This document shows, in pieces, positions 21,512 to 31,161 of a stretch of 64,000 nucleotides of DNA. This DNA comes from Chloroflexota bacterium (GTDB lineage Bacteria > Chloroflexota > Dehalococcoidia > UBA2979), in contig JAQCIU010000004.1 of assembly GCA_027593235.1 (NCBI GenBank), positions 32,001-96,000 on the forward strand. The letters are read 5' to 3'. The notes under the pieces are model-generated. The model was not told where the DNA came from. It did no database searches and saw nothing but the letters and a program-made list of their open reading frames with translations. The position numbers were made by a program, and so were the translations under genes. Each line of letters starts with the position of its first letter. Within the stretch, counting starts at the first letter, position 1.

Positions 21512-21969
21512 GGCAGGCGGGACTTCTCGCCGGTTGCGAGGTAGTGGCGAAGCCAGGCGAGCACGGTGTCCCAGCCGGCCTGATTCTCGTGAAGGCTGCG
21601 CTCAGCGAGCGCGCCCGGCAGCGCAGCGAAGCCGGTTTCCCGCAGCTTCAGCAGCGTGCCGTGCGGATGGTCTTCGAGGCGAAATTCGATCTGCGTGGTC
21701 AGGTCTGGCGGGACCTCCCCGCCACCCTCGTGGTACTCGAACGGCCGCCACGTCGTGACAAAGCGCTCCTCCGGCTCGACCGCAACGACCGTCGCATGGC
21801 TCACGCCGTGCTCAGATCCGAAGTCGATCACCATCGCGCCGCCGGGGCGCAGATCCACCTCCGCCGCATCGCACCACCAACCGGCCAGTCCCTCTGCTGT
21901 CGTCGGTGCGGCCCACACCTCGGAGCGGGTCGCCCGAAAGATCATTTCGCGCTCGATCGAGTCCTGCAC
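21508..21969 (-). CDS. SRPBCC/AHSA1 (START-like) domain protein
   Basis: IERE...VW...GLAGWW...DLRPGG...GTLLKLRETGF...GW. ATG 22014 overlaps the -10 box, so GTG 21969 is preferred. Confidence 0.85.
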   Translation of the reverse strand: MQDSIEREMIFRATRSEVWAAPTTAEGLAGWWCDAAEVDLRPGGAMVIDFGSEHGVSHATVVAVEPEERFVTTWRPFEYHEGGGEVPPDLTTQIEFRLEDHPHGTLLKLRETGFAALPGALAERSLHENQAGWDTVLAWLRHYLATGEKSRLP

Positions 21970-21994
21970 TGCCGTCGTCCGTTCCCCGTCGATC

Positions 21995-22042
21995 GCAACT
22001 TTCTGGTTGCGCATTTATAGCAACTCATCAGTTGCGATACAA
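21995..22042 (-). promoter_or_regulatory. sigma70-type promoter with two GCAAC-N6-GTTGC operators (probable ArsR autoregulation)
   Basis: Minus strand TTGTAT(22042-22037)-N17-TATAAA(22019-22014); palindromes at 21995-22010 and 22020-22035. Confidence 0.75.
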
Positions 22043-22111
22043 GTGAACGGTGCGTCGCCGTACGATGAGGCGCGCCATGCATGGGACCGCCGATCCGGCC
22101 AGGGAACAACG

Positions 22112-22570
22112 ATGGACCAGTCCGCACTGAGCTTCCGCGACGCGACCGTCCAGGACCTTCCAACGATCGTTCGGCTGATCCACCAAGACTCGATGAGCCA
22201 CGACCTCGGGGACGGCGTCGACGAAGGCACTTCGCTGCGCGCGTTCGACGCGATCGAGGCGGACCCCAACAATCGTCTGATCGTCGCTGAGCGGGACGGC
22301 GACCTCATCGGCACGATGCAACTGACACTGATCCCGGTCCTGACGCTGCGCGGCGGGCGTGTCCTCCAGATCGAGAGCGTGCGGGTCGACGGACAGCGCC
22401 GGAGCGGCGGGATCGGCCGCCAGATGATCGAGTCGGCAATCGAATACGGGCGCGCGGAGGGCTGCTCGCTCGCGCAGCTCTCCTCGAACAGCGCGCGCAC
22501 TCGGGCCCATGCCTTCTACCTCGGACTGGGCTTTGCGCAGTCGCACACCGGTTTCAAGCTGAGGATCTGA
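22112..22570 (+). CDS. GNAT family N-acetyltransferase
   Basis: FRDAT..DLP, IESVRV..QRRSGGIG, RAHAFY..LGF. Confidence 0.9.
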   Translation: MDQSALSFRDATVQDLPTIVRLIHQDSMSHDLGDGVDEGTSLRAFDAIEADPNNRLIVAERDGDLIGTMQLTLIPVLTLRGGRVLQIESVRVDGQRRSGGIGRQMIESAIEYGRAEGCSLAQLSSNSARTRAHAFYLGLGFAQSHTGFKLRI

Positions 22571-22571
22571 C

Positions 22572-23195
22572 GTGCCACTGGTCCCCACCCTCAAAGCCGC
22601 CGCCGTCGATCGAGGTCTGATCGCCGCCGATCAGCCTGTCGACGCCGCGACCGCATTCGCGTTGGTGCGGGACATGCCGTACCGACGGGCCAGCTCGCGC
22701 GAGCCCGCGGTAACGATCGCCGAGTGGCGCGGCACCTGCTCCGGCAAGCACATCCTGCTGCACGCACTGCTCGAGGAGCTGGGACTGGCAGCCACGATGA
22801 TCCTCGCGCCGCACGAGTTCACCGAGGAGAACTCGCCCTGGCTCCCTCCCGCGCTGCGGGAGCGGGTCCGCCGCGCGCCGATCCACGATGTCCACAACTT
22901 CCTCCGCGTTCGGCCCGACATCGACGCTGACTGGATGACGGTCGACGCGACATGGCCGCTCGGCGCGTTGGACCTCGGGCTCCCCGCCAATGCGGAGTTC
23001 ATCGCCGGCATCGACATGCAACTGGCCGCGGACCCGATCGAGATCCATCATGTGCCGCCAGACGCCGATCCGATGACCCTGAAGCAACGCATCCTCGCGG
23101 ATCTCCCGTCCGACGAACTCGCGCGCCGTGAGACGTTCCTCGCTGATCTGATCGACTGGCTGGGTCGAGCGCTACCGGACACCGGCTCTGTGTAG
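22572..23195 (+). CDS. transglutaminase-like (Cys-His-Asp) hypothetical protein
   Basis: VRDMPY, GTCSGKH, DVHNFL, TVDATWP give a C-H-D order like the transglutaminase-like core. Confidence 0.65.
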   Translation: MPLVPTLKAAAVDRGLIAADQPVDAATAFALVRDMPYRRASSREPAVTIAEWRGTCSGKHILLHALLEELGLAATMILAPHEFTEENSPWLPPALRERVRRAPIHDVHNFLRVRPDIDADWMTVDATWPLGALDLGLPANAEFIAGIDMQLAADPIEIHHVPPDADPMTLKQRILADLPSDELARRETFLADLIDWLGRALPDTGSV

Positions 23196-23230
23196 TCGCA
23201 CGAGCGCGCACGTTCGCTAGGATGGCCGGT

Positions 23231-23536
23231 ATGAAGCCGCTCACGCTCCGCCAAACCCTCGCCTGGTCCGTCATCCTCGCGATCGCCTGGGTGGTGATCC
23301 AGATCCTGACCTCCGACGAGCGTGATCCGATCACGCTCGCCTCCACGGGCGGCTTCTTCTTCGTTGTCGCGTTCTTCTCGATGCGGCTCAGTGCTCAGGT
23401 CAGCGCGTGGGGTCAGCGCCGCTTTGCGAAGCCGCTGCCACCACCGCCCGAACCGGTCGCGGCGACGACCGATCGGCCCGACCATGTGCAACGGCGACGA
23501 CAGAAGCGGCGACGACGCACCGAACGGCGTCAGTAG
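23231..23536 (+). CDS. small two-TM membrane protein with basic tail
   Basis: Two hydrophobic helices then a Pro-rich/Arg-rich tail; ATG 7 nt after TAGGAT. Confidence 0.65.
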   Translation: MKPLTLRQTLAWSVILAIAWVVIQILTSDERDPITLASTGGFFFVVAFFSMRLSAQVSAWGQRRFAKPLPPPPEPVAATTDRPDHVQRRRQKRRRRTERRQ

Positions 23537-23573
23537 CCGGCGCGATCGGGCGCAGCGACCGAGGGCCAGCGCG

Positions 23574-24704
23574 CTAGTCGCACGCCTCGACGATTGCCGC
23601 CGCCATCTGCTCCGTGCGGAGTTGCACGGTCAGCGGGTCCTGCAAGCCATTCGTCACATAGGCCACCGCCAGCCCGCGCCGCGGATCGGCGTAGCCGATC
23701 ACGCACTGCTGCCCCGTGTGACCGAAGACGTCCGGTTCGTTGAACGGCGCGAAGGCGCCGCCTACCAGGAAGCCCAACCCGTACGAGGACGGCAGGTGAC
23801 TGGTGCGATCGAAGTCCGCGGTGTGCTGGACCTGCGTGGCCGCGCGCACCAACTCCGGAGGCAACGGACAGACGCCCGCGTATGCGGTGGAGCCGCTCCA
23901 ACGGCGCTCCAGCATGGCGTAGAAGCGGGCCAGCGCTTCGGCGGTACCAACCGCGTTCGCCGCGGGTAGTTCCGCGCGCAACGTCGAGGGCAGGCGGAAC
24001 CGCTCGACGATCTCGCTCGTCCGCCGTTCGGTCCCGTCGGGGTCATCGAAACTGGACTCCGACATCGCGACCGGGAGCACGACGCGCGCCATCGCCTCGG
24101 CGTCGGTCACACCCAGAGTGGTCTGCATCCCCAGCGGCTCGAAGATCTCGCTGCGCATGAACTCTCGCGGCCGGCGGCCGTCCACGCGGCGGATCAATTC
24201 GCCGAGCGCGGTGCCGAAGGTCACCGGGTGGTAGCCGGTATCCGTTCCGGGCTCCCAGTCGGCGGTCATCCCCGCCGTCAACTCCGCGACCGCGTTCCAG
24301 TCGTCGATTCGCTCCCAGGAGTAATCGTGGGGAAACACGGGGAATCCACCCTGGTGGGTGAGCACGTGACGGATCGTGCAGGCCCCTTTGCCGCCCGATC
24401 CGAATTCGGGCCAGACCTCGACGAGCGGCATATCGAGCGAGATCTGCTCACGGGCGACCAACGCGAGGGCCGCGACCGCCGTGAGCGGTTTGGTCGCGGA
24501 GAAGTAGAGCAGCCGGTCATCCTCGTGTGAGGCGTTCCCGACACGAAAATCGAGCTGCACTTCGCCATCTCGATAGACGGCGAGCTGGGCGCCGGTGTGC
24601 CACCCGCGCTGGAGGTGCTCCCGCGCCAGATCCTGGATCGCGTGCCGGCCCGGCGCCGACAGCCCTCGCGTTTTCGCGGCTCGGCCCTTCGGTCCTCGTG
24701 CCAT
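23574..24704 (-). CDS. serine hydrolase, beta-lactamase/EstA-like family
   Basis: FSATK (SxxK), LTHQGG, WEPG..GYHP, FGHTG. Confidence 0.9.
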   Translation of the reverse strand: MARGPKGRAAKTRGLSAPGRHAIQDLAREHLQRGWHTGAQLAVYRDGEVQLDFRVGNASHEDDRLLYFSATKPLTAVAALALVAREQISLDMPLVEVWPEFGSGGKGACTIRHVLTHQGGFPVFPHDYSWERIDDWNAVAELTAGMTADWEPGTDTGYHPVTFGTALGELIRRVDGRRPREFMRSEIFEPLGMQTTLGVTDAEAMARVVLPVAMSESSFDDPDGTERRTSEIVERFRLPSTLRAELPAANAVGTAEALARFYAMLERRWSGSTAYAGVCPLPPELVRAATQVQHTADFDRTSHLPSSYGLGFLVGGAFAPFNEPDVFGHTGQQCVIGYADPRRGLAVAYVTNGLQDPLTVQLRTEQMAAAIVEACD

Positions 24705-24734
24705 CGACTGCCTCCCCCTCGGGGTGACAAGCGG

Positions 24735-25721
24735 TTAGTGATCGTGCCTCAAGACAATCTTGCCGAAGTTGGCGTTCGTTTCCATGTAGCGGTGGGCATC
24801 CGCGACCTCGACCAGCGGGAAGACCCGATCGACGACCGGACTCACCGTCTCGTTCTGGAACAGCGGCAGCACCCGGGCCACGAACTGCTGCGTCAGCGCG
24901 GCCTTCTCTTCAAGCGGTCGCGCGCGCAGGACGGTGCCGTGGACGCGCAGCCGCTTGCCCATCAGCGCGCCGAGGTTCACCTCGAGCTTGGCGCCGCCCA
25001 TCGTCCCGACAATCACCATCCGTCCGCGCACAGCGAGCGAGCGGAGGTTCTGTTCCCAGTACTGGGCGCCGATCACGTCCAGCACTACCTGCACGCCCGC
25101 GCCCTCGGTGCGTTCCGTGATGACATCGGCGAAATCGGCGTCGTGGTAGTTGATGCCGACGTTGAGCCCCAGCTCAGCCGCGCGTTCCAGCTTGTCGTCG
25201 CTGCCGGCCGTGCCGAACACGCGGCAACCCTGCGCGGCGGCGAGCTGAATCCCGGCCGTGCCGACCCCGGAACCGGCCGCGTGGATCAGCACGCGCTCAC
25301 CCATCGCCAGCTCACACTGCACGAAGAGCGCGTCGTAAGCGGTGAGGAACACCTCCGGAATCGAGGCGGCGTCGTCCAACTCGATGTTCGGCGGCACCGG
25401 CATCAGCAACCGCTCGTGCACCGCGACTTTCGAGGCATAACCGCCACCACCGAGGAGTGCCATCACCCGATCGCCGGGCTTCCAGGCGCTGACCCGGTCG
25501 CCGACCGCTTCGACGATCCCGGCCATCTCCAGCCCCGGAATGTCGTCGCGAGTTCCTACCGGCCCGGAGTAGCGACCCATCCGTTGCAGGAGGTCGGCGC
25601 GGTTCAACGCCGTCGCATGGACGGACACCAACGCATCTTCCGGACCGAACGTGGGGTCGGCGACCTCCTGGATCGCGAAGACCTCTGGACCGCCCGGTTC
25701 GGTGATCACCGCCGCCTGCAT
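24735..25721 (-). CDS. NAD(P)H-quinone oxidoreductase (PIG3-like MDR)
   Basis: ALNRADLLQR.G.Y, PGLE, HAAGSGVGTA, GKIVL; GGAGG upstream. Confidence 0.92.
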   Translation of the reverse strand: MQAAVITEPGGPEVFAIQEVADPTFGPEDALVSVHATALNRADLLQRMGRYSGPVGTRDDIPGLEMAGIVEAVGDRVSAWKPGDRVMALLGGGGYASKVAVHERLLMPVPPNIELDDAASIPEVFLTAYDALFVQCELAMGERVLIHAAGSGVGTAGIQLAAAQGCRVFGTAGSDDKLERAAELGLNVGINYHDADFADVITERTEGAGVQVVLDVIGAQYWEQNLRSLAVRGRMVIVGTMGGAKLEVNLGALMGKRLRVHGTVLRARPLEEKAALTQQFVARVLPLFQNETVSPVVDRVFPLVEVADAHRYMETNANFGKIVLRHDH

Positions 25722-25835
25722 GCTGCCTCCGTTGCGCGTGCCGCGCCAGGTCGGGCCGGCGTGTGCGGCATCCTAGCACCCCTGTCCGGGGACCTATACT
25801 CGGGCCCAGACGCGCTCCGCAGCACGAGGTCACCG

Positions 25836-27227
25836 ATGCACGACACCACTACTGAGGCGGGCCCGACGCGCCAGCTTGCCGCGTTCATCGTGGACGCCTC
25901 CGTGCCCCCCGCGGTGCGCGACACCGCGCGTCGCTACCTGCTGGACTGGCTCGGCTCCACGCTCGCCGGTGGCGAAATGCGCTCGCCCGCGATGGTGCGC
26001 GCGGTCGTCTCCAGCCTCGGTGGAAACGCCCAGGCCACGATCCTGGCGACCGGCGAACGCACCTCGGCACCGCTCGCCGCGCTGGCAAACGCCGCCGCTT
26101 CGCACGTGCTGGAGATGGACGACCTCGATCCCGGCTCGATCTATCACCCCGCCGCCCCGACCGTGTCGGCCGCGCTCGCGGTCGCCGAGCACCTCGAGGC
26201 CGATGGCGACGCGCTCCTCGATGCAATTGCGATCGGATACGAGGTGGGCATTCGCGTCGGCGAGGCACTCGGCCCCAGCCACTACGAGCACTGGCACACC
26301 ACCGGCACCGCCGGGACGTTCGGCGCGGCAGCGGCTGCCGCGCGACTGCACGGCCTCGACGCGGAGCAGACACTGCACGCCCTCGGCAGTGCGGGCACCA
26401 CGACCGCCGGTCTCTGGGAGTTCCTCAGCGACGGCGCAATGTCGAAGCAACTCCACCCCGCGAAGGCAGCGCACGATGGCATCCTCGCGGTGCTGCTCGC
26501 TCGCGAGGGGTTCACGGCGGCGACGCGCATCCTCGAGGGCCGCAAGGGCCTGCTCGCCGCGATGTCGACGGCGCCGCTTCCGGATCGACTGACCGACGGA
26601 CTGAGCGCGGAGATGCCGCACTGGCGCATCGATGGCGTCGCGTTCAAGGTCCACGCCGCCTGCCGTCACACCCACTCGGCCGTCGACGCTGCACTGCGGC
26701 TGCGCGCCGATCACGCGCTCGATATCGCCTCGATCGAACGCGTGCAAGTCCGGATCTACGAGCAGGCGCTTGGGCTCCTCGACGGCATGGAACCGACGAC
26801 GCCGTACGCGGCGAAGTTCTCGCTCCCGTTCTGCATCGCCAGTGCGCTGCGCTTCGGCGACCTCGGGCCGGACCGTTTCAGCGACTCGACGATCCTCGAG
26901 GCCTCGACGCTCGCCCTCGCCGATCGCGTCTCGTTCGAGACCGACCCGCTGCTTGACGCCTGCTATCCCGCCTCCTGGCCGAGCGTGGTCACGGTCACGC
27001 GGACTGATGGTTCCGAGGTCAGCGCGCGCGTCGATCACCCGGCGGGCGACATCGAGGCCGGCGTGGAGAACGGCGATCTCGCGGCGAAGTTCGCCCGGAT
27101 GACCACCTCACGATTCGGCGACGATGCGATCGCCCTCGCCAACCGCGTGTTGACGGCGAAGCCCGCGCTGAGCGCCGCGACCATCGCGGACGCGTCACGC
27201 GCCGGCGATCCGGTGGCCATTGGTTAG
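25836..27227 (+). CDS. MmgE/PrpD family protein
   Basis: LLDWLG, HVLEMDD, HPAAP, GYEV, WHTTGT, KQLH, FKVHAACRHTH, AKFSLPF; GAGG before ATG 25836. Confidence 0.9.
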   Translation: MHDTTTEAGPTRQLAAFIVDASVPPAVRDTARRYLLDWLGSTLAGGEMRSPAMVRAVVSSLGGNAQATILATGERTSAPLAALANAAASHVLEMDDLDPGSIYHPAAPTVSAALAVAEHLEADGDALLDAIAIGYEVGIRVGEALGPSHYEHWHTTGTAGTFGAAAAAARLHGLDAEQTLHALGSAGTTTAGLWEFLSDGAMSKQLHPAKAAHDGILAVLLAREGFTAATRILEGRKGLLAAMSTAPLPDRLTDGLSAEMPHWRIDGVAFKVHAACRHTHSAVDAALRLRADHALDIASIERVQVRIYEQALGLLDGMEPTTPYAAKFSLPFCIASALRFGDLGPDRFSDSTILEASTLALADRVSFETDPLLDACYPASWPSVVTVTRTDGSEVSARVDHPAGDIEAGVENGDLAAKFARMTTSRFGDDAIALANRVLTAKPALSAATIADASRAGDPVAIG

Positions 27228-27334
27228 CCGGCGGTAGTGCTCGTGGCAGTCGAGCCACCTCGGACGAACGGGATGGCGTCCTACAGAACCCTGCGACGCG
27301 CGATGCTAGGATCGCTGCGGGCGAGGGAGGCCGG

Positions 27335-29833
27335 ATGACCGATCTCAGCGAGTCACTGCGACTCACCGTGCACGAAGTCACGGCACGTCTGGATCCCTCT
27401 GAGCTCCCCTTCAAGACCACTGACGAATTGCACGCACTCGACGCTGTCTTCGGGCAGGAACGCGCCACGCGATCGATCGAGTTCGCCCTCGGCATGACCG
27501 CGCCGGGCTACAACCTCTTCGCGTCGGGCCCAGACGGCATCGGCAAATCGACCATCGTCGAGGGATTCCTGCGCCGCCGTGCCTCGCAACTGCCGACCCC
27601 AGACGACTGGGTCTACGTCCACAATTTCGAGGATCCCGATCGTCCGGTCGGTATCGCGCTCCCTGCCGGCAGTGGCCGGCGCTTCGCCGAAGACGTGCGT
27701 CGCGCGGTGACCTCGGCGAGCGAGGAGCTGCATACCGCGTTCGACTCCGATTCTTACGCCCGTCAGCGCCAGGAACTCGTGTCCGTGGTGGAGCGGGAAC
27801 GGGCGACCATCCTCGAAGCGCTCCAGGTCCGGGCGACGGAGAAGGGCTTTGTGCTTCAGATGACCCCGCAGGGCATCCTGTCGGCACCGCTGGTCGAAGG
27901 CGAGACGTTGACGCCGGAGGCGTTCGCCGCGCTGCCGGAGGAGACGCGACAGGACTTCCAGCAACGCGGCGAAGCACTCGAGAAGCACGTCCAGGACGCG
28001 ATGTTCGAGATGCGCGGTATCGAGCGAGGCGCTCGCGAGCGATTCGAGCAGTTGGACACGGAAGTCGCCGCGTTCGCCATCAGCCACCTCTTCGATCCGC
28101 TGATCGTCACCTACGGCAGCGACGGCGAGGTCAGCAGCTTCCTTCACGCCGTGCGAGCCGACATCGAGAAGGAACGCGATCGCTTCCGCGGGCAGCCAGC
28201 GGCGCCGCCGATCCCGGGCATGCCCGCCGCCGCGCTCTCGCCGCCGGTACGCCGCTACGAGGTCAACGCCGCCGTTTCCCACGACCCGGACTCCGGCGCG
28301 CCCGTTGTCTTCGAACAACACCCGACGTACCACAACCTCCTCGGCCGGATTGAGTACCAGGGCCAGCTCGGCACGGTCGTGACCGATCACATGCTGATCA
28401 AGCCGGGAACGCTCGCGCTCGCGAACGGCGGGTTCATCGTGCTGCGGCTGCGCGATCTGCTCAGCAACGCCCCGTCACTCGATGGCTTGAAGCGCGCGCT
28501 CAGCACACGCCAGCTCGCGATCGAAAACCTCACCGAAGCGTATGGACTGACGACCACCACTGCGCTCCGCCCCGAGCCGATCCCGCTCGAACTCAAGTGC
28601 GTCGTCGTTGGCGATCCCTACCTCTACTCGCTCCTCTACCGCCTCGATCCCGACTTCAGAGAACTCTTCCGCGTGAAAGCGGACTTCGAGACCGACTTCG
28701 AACGCACCACGGAGAACGTCCTCGGCGTGGCCGCTTATGTCCGAGGGCAATGCGATCGTGGCGGTCTCCGCTGCTTCGACGCCACGGCGATCGGCCGGCT
28801 CGTCGAGCACTCCTCGCGCATGGTCGACGACCAGCGCCGGCTCTCCGCGAACATGGCGAGTTTCCTCGATATCGTGCGCCAGGCCGACTACTGGGCTGGC
28901 GTCGCCGGCACGGACGTCGTCACGGCCGACGATGTCGACCGGGCCCTCGAGGAGGCGGTGTACCGTTCGGCGCTGGTCCGCGATCGGATCCAGGACGCGA
29001 TCCAGGACGGCTCGATCCGCGTCGACACCGACGGCGAACGCATCGGACAAATCAACGCGCTGTCGGTCTACGACCTCGGCGACATCACGTTTGGGCGCCC
29101 GTCGCGGGTGACCTGTGTCGTCTCGGCCGGCCGCGGCCAGATCGTGATGGTCGAGCGCGAAAGCGATATGGCCGGTCGCATCCACAACAAGGGATTCCTG
29201 ATCCTCCGCGGCTTCCTCACCGATCGCTTCGGCCAGAACGGCACGGCCACGCTCCACGCAAGCCTCACCTTCGAACAGCTCTACGGAGACATCGACGGCG
29301 ACTCCGCCTCCTCCACCGAGCTGTACGTCCTCCTCTCCGCGCTGGCTCAGCTCCCGGTGAAGCAGGGGATCGCCGTGACCGGGTCTGTCGACCAGCACGG
29401 ACGCGTGCAACCGATCGGCGGCGCGACCGCGAAGATCGAGGGTTTCCACGCCGTCTGCAGCGAGCGCGGATTGGACGGCACGCAGGGCGTGATCATCCCG
29501 CGCACGAACGTGCGCAACGTCGTGCTCCGTCCGGACATCGCCGCCGATGTCGCCGCCGGGCGCTTCCACGTCTGGGCGGTCGACACCATCGAGGAGGGAA
29601 TCGAATTGCTCACCGGGGTGCCGGCGGGAGCCCTCGATGACAGCGGGGCGTACCCGGAAGGCAGCGTCTTCCGGATCGTTCGTGATCGTCTGGAGGCGTT
29701 CGCGGAAGAGCTGCGAGCGCGGCCAGAGGTCGGTGCAACCTCGACCACGCACCTCCACACCGCGTCGGCACCTCAGCCCTCGCCACCTGGCATCCCGCCG
29801 CAGCCGCCACCCGATCCGCCTGTGATCGTCTAG
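27335..29833 (+). CDS. Lon-like (LonC/AAA_32-type) protease
   Basis: GQERA, GPDGIGKST, long coiled-coil insert, PEPIPL..K, GQINAL, FEQLY..IDGDSAS (Ser), IGGATAKIEGF (Lys). Confidence 0.9.
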   Translation: MTDLSESLRLTVHEVTARLDPSELPFKTTDELHALDAVFGQERATRSIEFALGMTAPGYNLFASGPDGIGKSTIVEGFLRRRASQLPTPDDWVYVHNFEDPDRPVGIALPAGSGRRFAEDVRRAVTSASEELHTAFDSDSYARQRQELVSVVERERATILEALQVRATEKGFVLQMTPQGILSAPLVEGETLTPEAFAALPEETRQDFQQRGEALEKHVQDAMFEMRGIERGARERFEQLDTEVAAFAISHLFDPLIVTYGSDGEVSSFLHAVRADIEKERDRFRGQPAAPPIPGMPAAALSPPVRRYEVNAAVSHDPDSGAPVVFEQHPTYHNLLGRIEYQGQLGTVVTDHMLIKPGTLALANGGFIVLRLRDLLSNAPSLDGLKRALSTRQLAIENLTEAYGLTTTTALRPEPIPLELKCVVVGDPYLYSLLYRLDPDFRELFRVKADFETDFERTTENVLGVAAYVRGQCDRGGLRCFDATAIGRLVEHSSRMVDDQRRLSANMASFLDIVRQADYWAGVAGTDVVTADDVDRALEEAVYRSALVRDRIQDAIQDGSIRVDTDGERIGQINALSVYDLGDITFGRPSRVTCVVSAGRGQIVMVERESDMAGRIHNKGFLILRGFLTDRFGQNGTATLHASLTFEQLYGDIDGDSASSTELYVLLSALAQLPVKQGIAVTGSVDQHGRVQPIGGATAKIEGFHAVCSERGLDGTQGVIIPRTNVRNVVLRPDIAADVAAGRFHVWAVDTIEEGIELLTGVPAGALDDSGAYPEGSVFRIVRDRLEAFAEELRARPEVGATSTTHLHTASAPQPSPPGIPPQPPPDPPVIV

Positions 29834-29850
29834 GGCGAGGACTGCCTCGG

Positions 29851-31161
29851 GTGACCAACACCCATCCACTGACCGCCGAACCGCCGCTGGAGCGCCGCCT
29901 TGGGGCGATCTCGGTCAGCCTCTCTGGCATCGGGATCATCCTCGGAGCCGGCATCTACGTCCTCGTTGGCGAAGCGGCGGGCGAAGCCGGCAACTCGGTG
30001 TGGCTCGCGTTCGTGCTCGGCGCGGTGGTCGCCGCCCCGACCGGCCTCGCGCTCGCCGAACTGGCCGCGATGTTCCCTGAGGCTGGCGCCGCCGCCGCAT
30101 ACACGCGCGAAGCGTTCGGTGTTCGCAGCGCCTTCCTTACCGGCTGGTTCGACCTCGCCGTCAGCACCGTCGGCGCCGCCGCGGTCGCGCTCGGCTTTGG
30201 CGGCTACCTCGACGACTTCATCTCGGTCGGCGCAACGCCCGCCGCGATCGCGGTCCTCATCCTCTGCGCGGTGATCGCCTACCTCGGCGTCCGTGAGACG
30301 GTCGCGGTCGCGATTGCGTTCACGCTCGCGGAGGCGGCCGGCCTGGTGATCGTGATCGCCGTCGGCCTCCCGCACTTCGGTGACGTCGATCTCTTCGCCC
30401 ACGAGAGCGGCTGGCTCGGCATCGTCGGCGCGGGCTCGCTGGTCTACTTCGCGTACCAGGGCTTCGAGGAGATCGCGACACTCTCCGAGGAGACCATCGA
30501 TCCACGGCGCAACATCCCGATCGCGATCGTCGTCGCGGTCATCGTCACCACGACCCTCTACATCCTGGTCGCGATCGCGGCGGTGTCGTCACTCCCGTGG
30601 GAGCAGCTCGCCCTGAGTGAAACGCCGCTCGCCGATGCCGTGTCGGCCGTCTCGAGTGAGCGCCTGGGCGACGTGGTGACGACGATCGCCCTCTTCGCCA
30701 CCTTCAATACGATCCTGCTGCTCATCGCCACCGGCGCGCGCGTCAGCTACGGCATGGCGCACCGGCGCCTCCTGCCCGCCGTGTTCGCGCGCGTCTCGGC
30801 CACCCGACGCACGCCGTGGGTCGCCACCGGGATCATCACGGCGGCCGCGATCTTGCTCGCGTCGACCGGTGACATCGGGTTCGTCGCGCAGGTCACGAAC
30901 TTCGCGGTCTTCGGCCTGTTCACCATCGTGAACGCAAGCGTGATCGCGCTGCGCCGGCAGCGGCCGGATGCGGACCGGCCATTCCGCTTGCCCGGCGCCG
31001 TGAAAGGCGTCCCGGTGATCGCGGTCGCCGGCCTGGTCGGAAACCTCGCTCTGGCGGCCTATATGGATCGCGACGCTCTCCTCGCGGGCGTCGTCCTCCT
31101 GGTCGTCGGCCTGGCCCTCTCCAGCTACATCGTGCGCTACGAGCGGCAGGACCCCGCGTGA
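29851..31161 (+). CDS. APC family amino acid permease
   Basis: GIILGAGIY, AEL..MFPEAG, FAYQGFE, EET.DP.RNIP, RTP, RPFR; about 12 TM. Confidence 0.92.
   Translation: MTNTHPLTAEPPLERRLGAISVSLSGIGIILGAGIYVLVGEAAGEAGNSVWLAFVLGAVVAAPTGLALAELAAMFPEAGAAAAYTREAFGVRSAFLTGWFDLAVSTVGAAAVALGFGGYLDDFISVGATPAAIAVLILCAVIAYLGVRETVAVAIAFTLAEAAGLVIVIAVGLPHFGDVDLFAHESGWLGIVGAGSLVYFAYQGFEEIATLSEETIDPRRNIPIAIVVAVIVTTTLYILVAIAAVSSLPWEQLALSETPLADAVSAVSSERLGDVVTTIALFATFNTILLLIATGARVSYGMAHRRLLPAVFARVSATRRTPWVATGIITAAAILLASTGDIGFVAQVTNFAVFGLFTIVNASVIALRRQRPDADRPFRLPGAVKGVPVIAVAGLVGNLALAAYMDRDALLAGVVLLVVGLALSSYIVRYERQDPA

Noticed and set aside
21656-22111. Long N-terminal extension of the GNAT
   Set aside because: It overlaps the SRPBCC gene and its promoter on the other strand; the GNAT domain begins at 22112.
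24597-25835. N-terminal extension making an 876-aa MmgE/PrpD fusion
   Set aside because: It is the antisense shadow of the quinone oxidoreductase gene; a -10 box and SD support ATG 25836.
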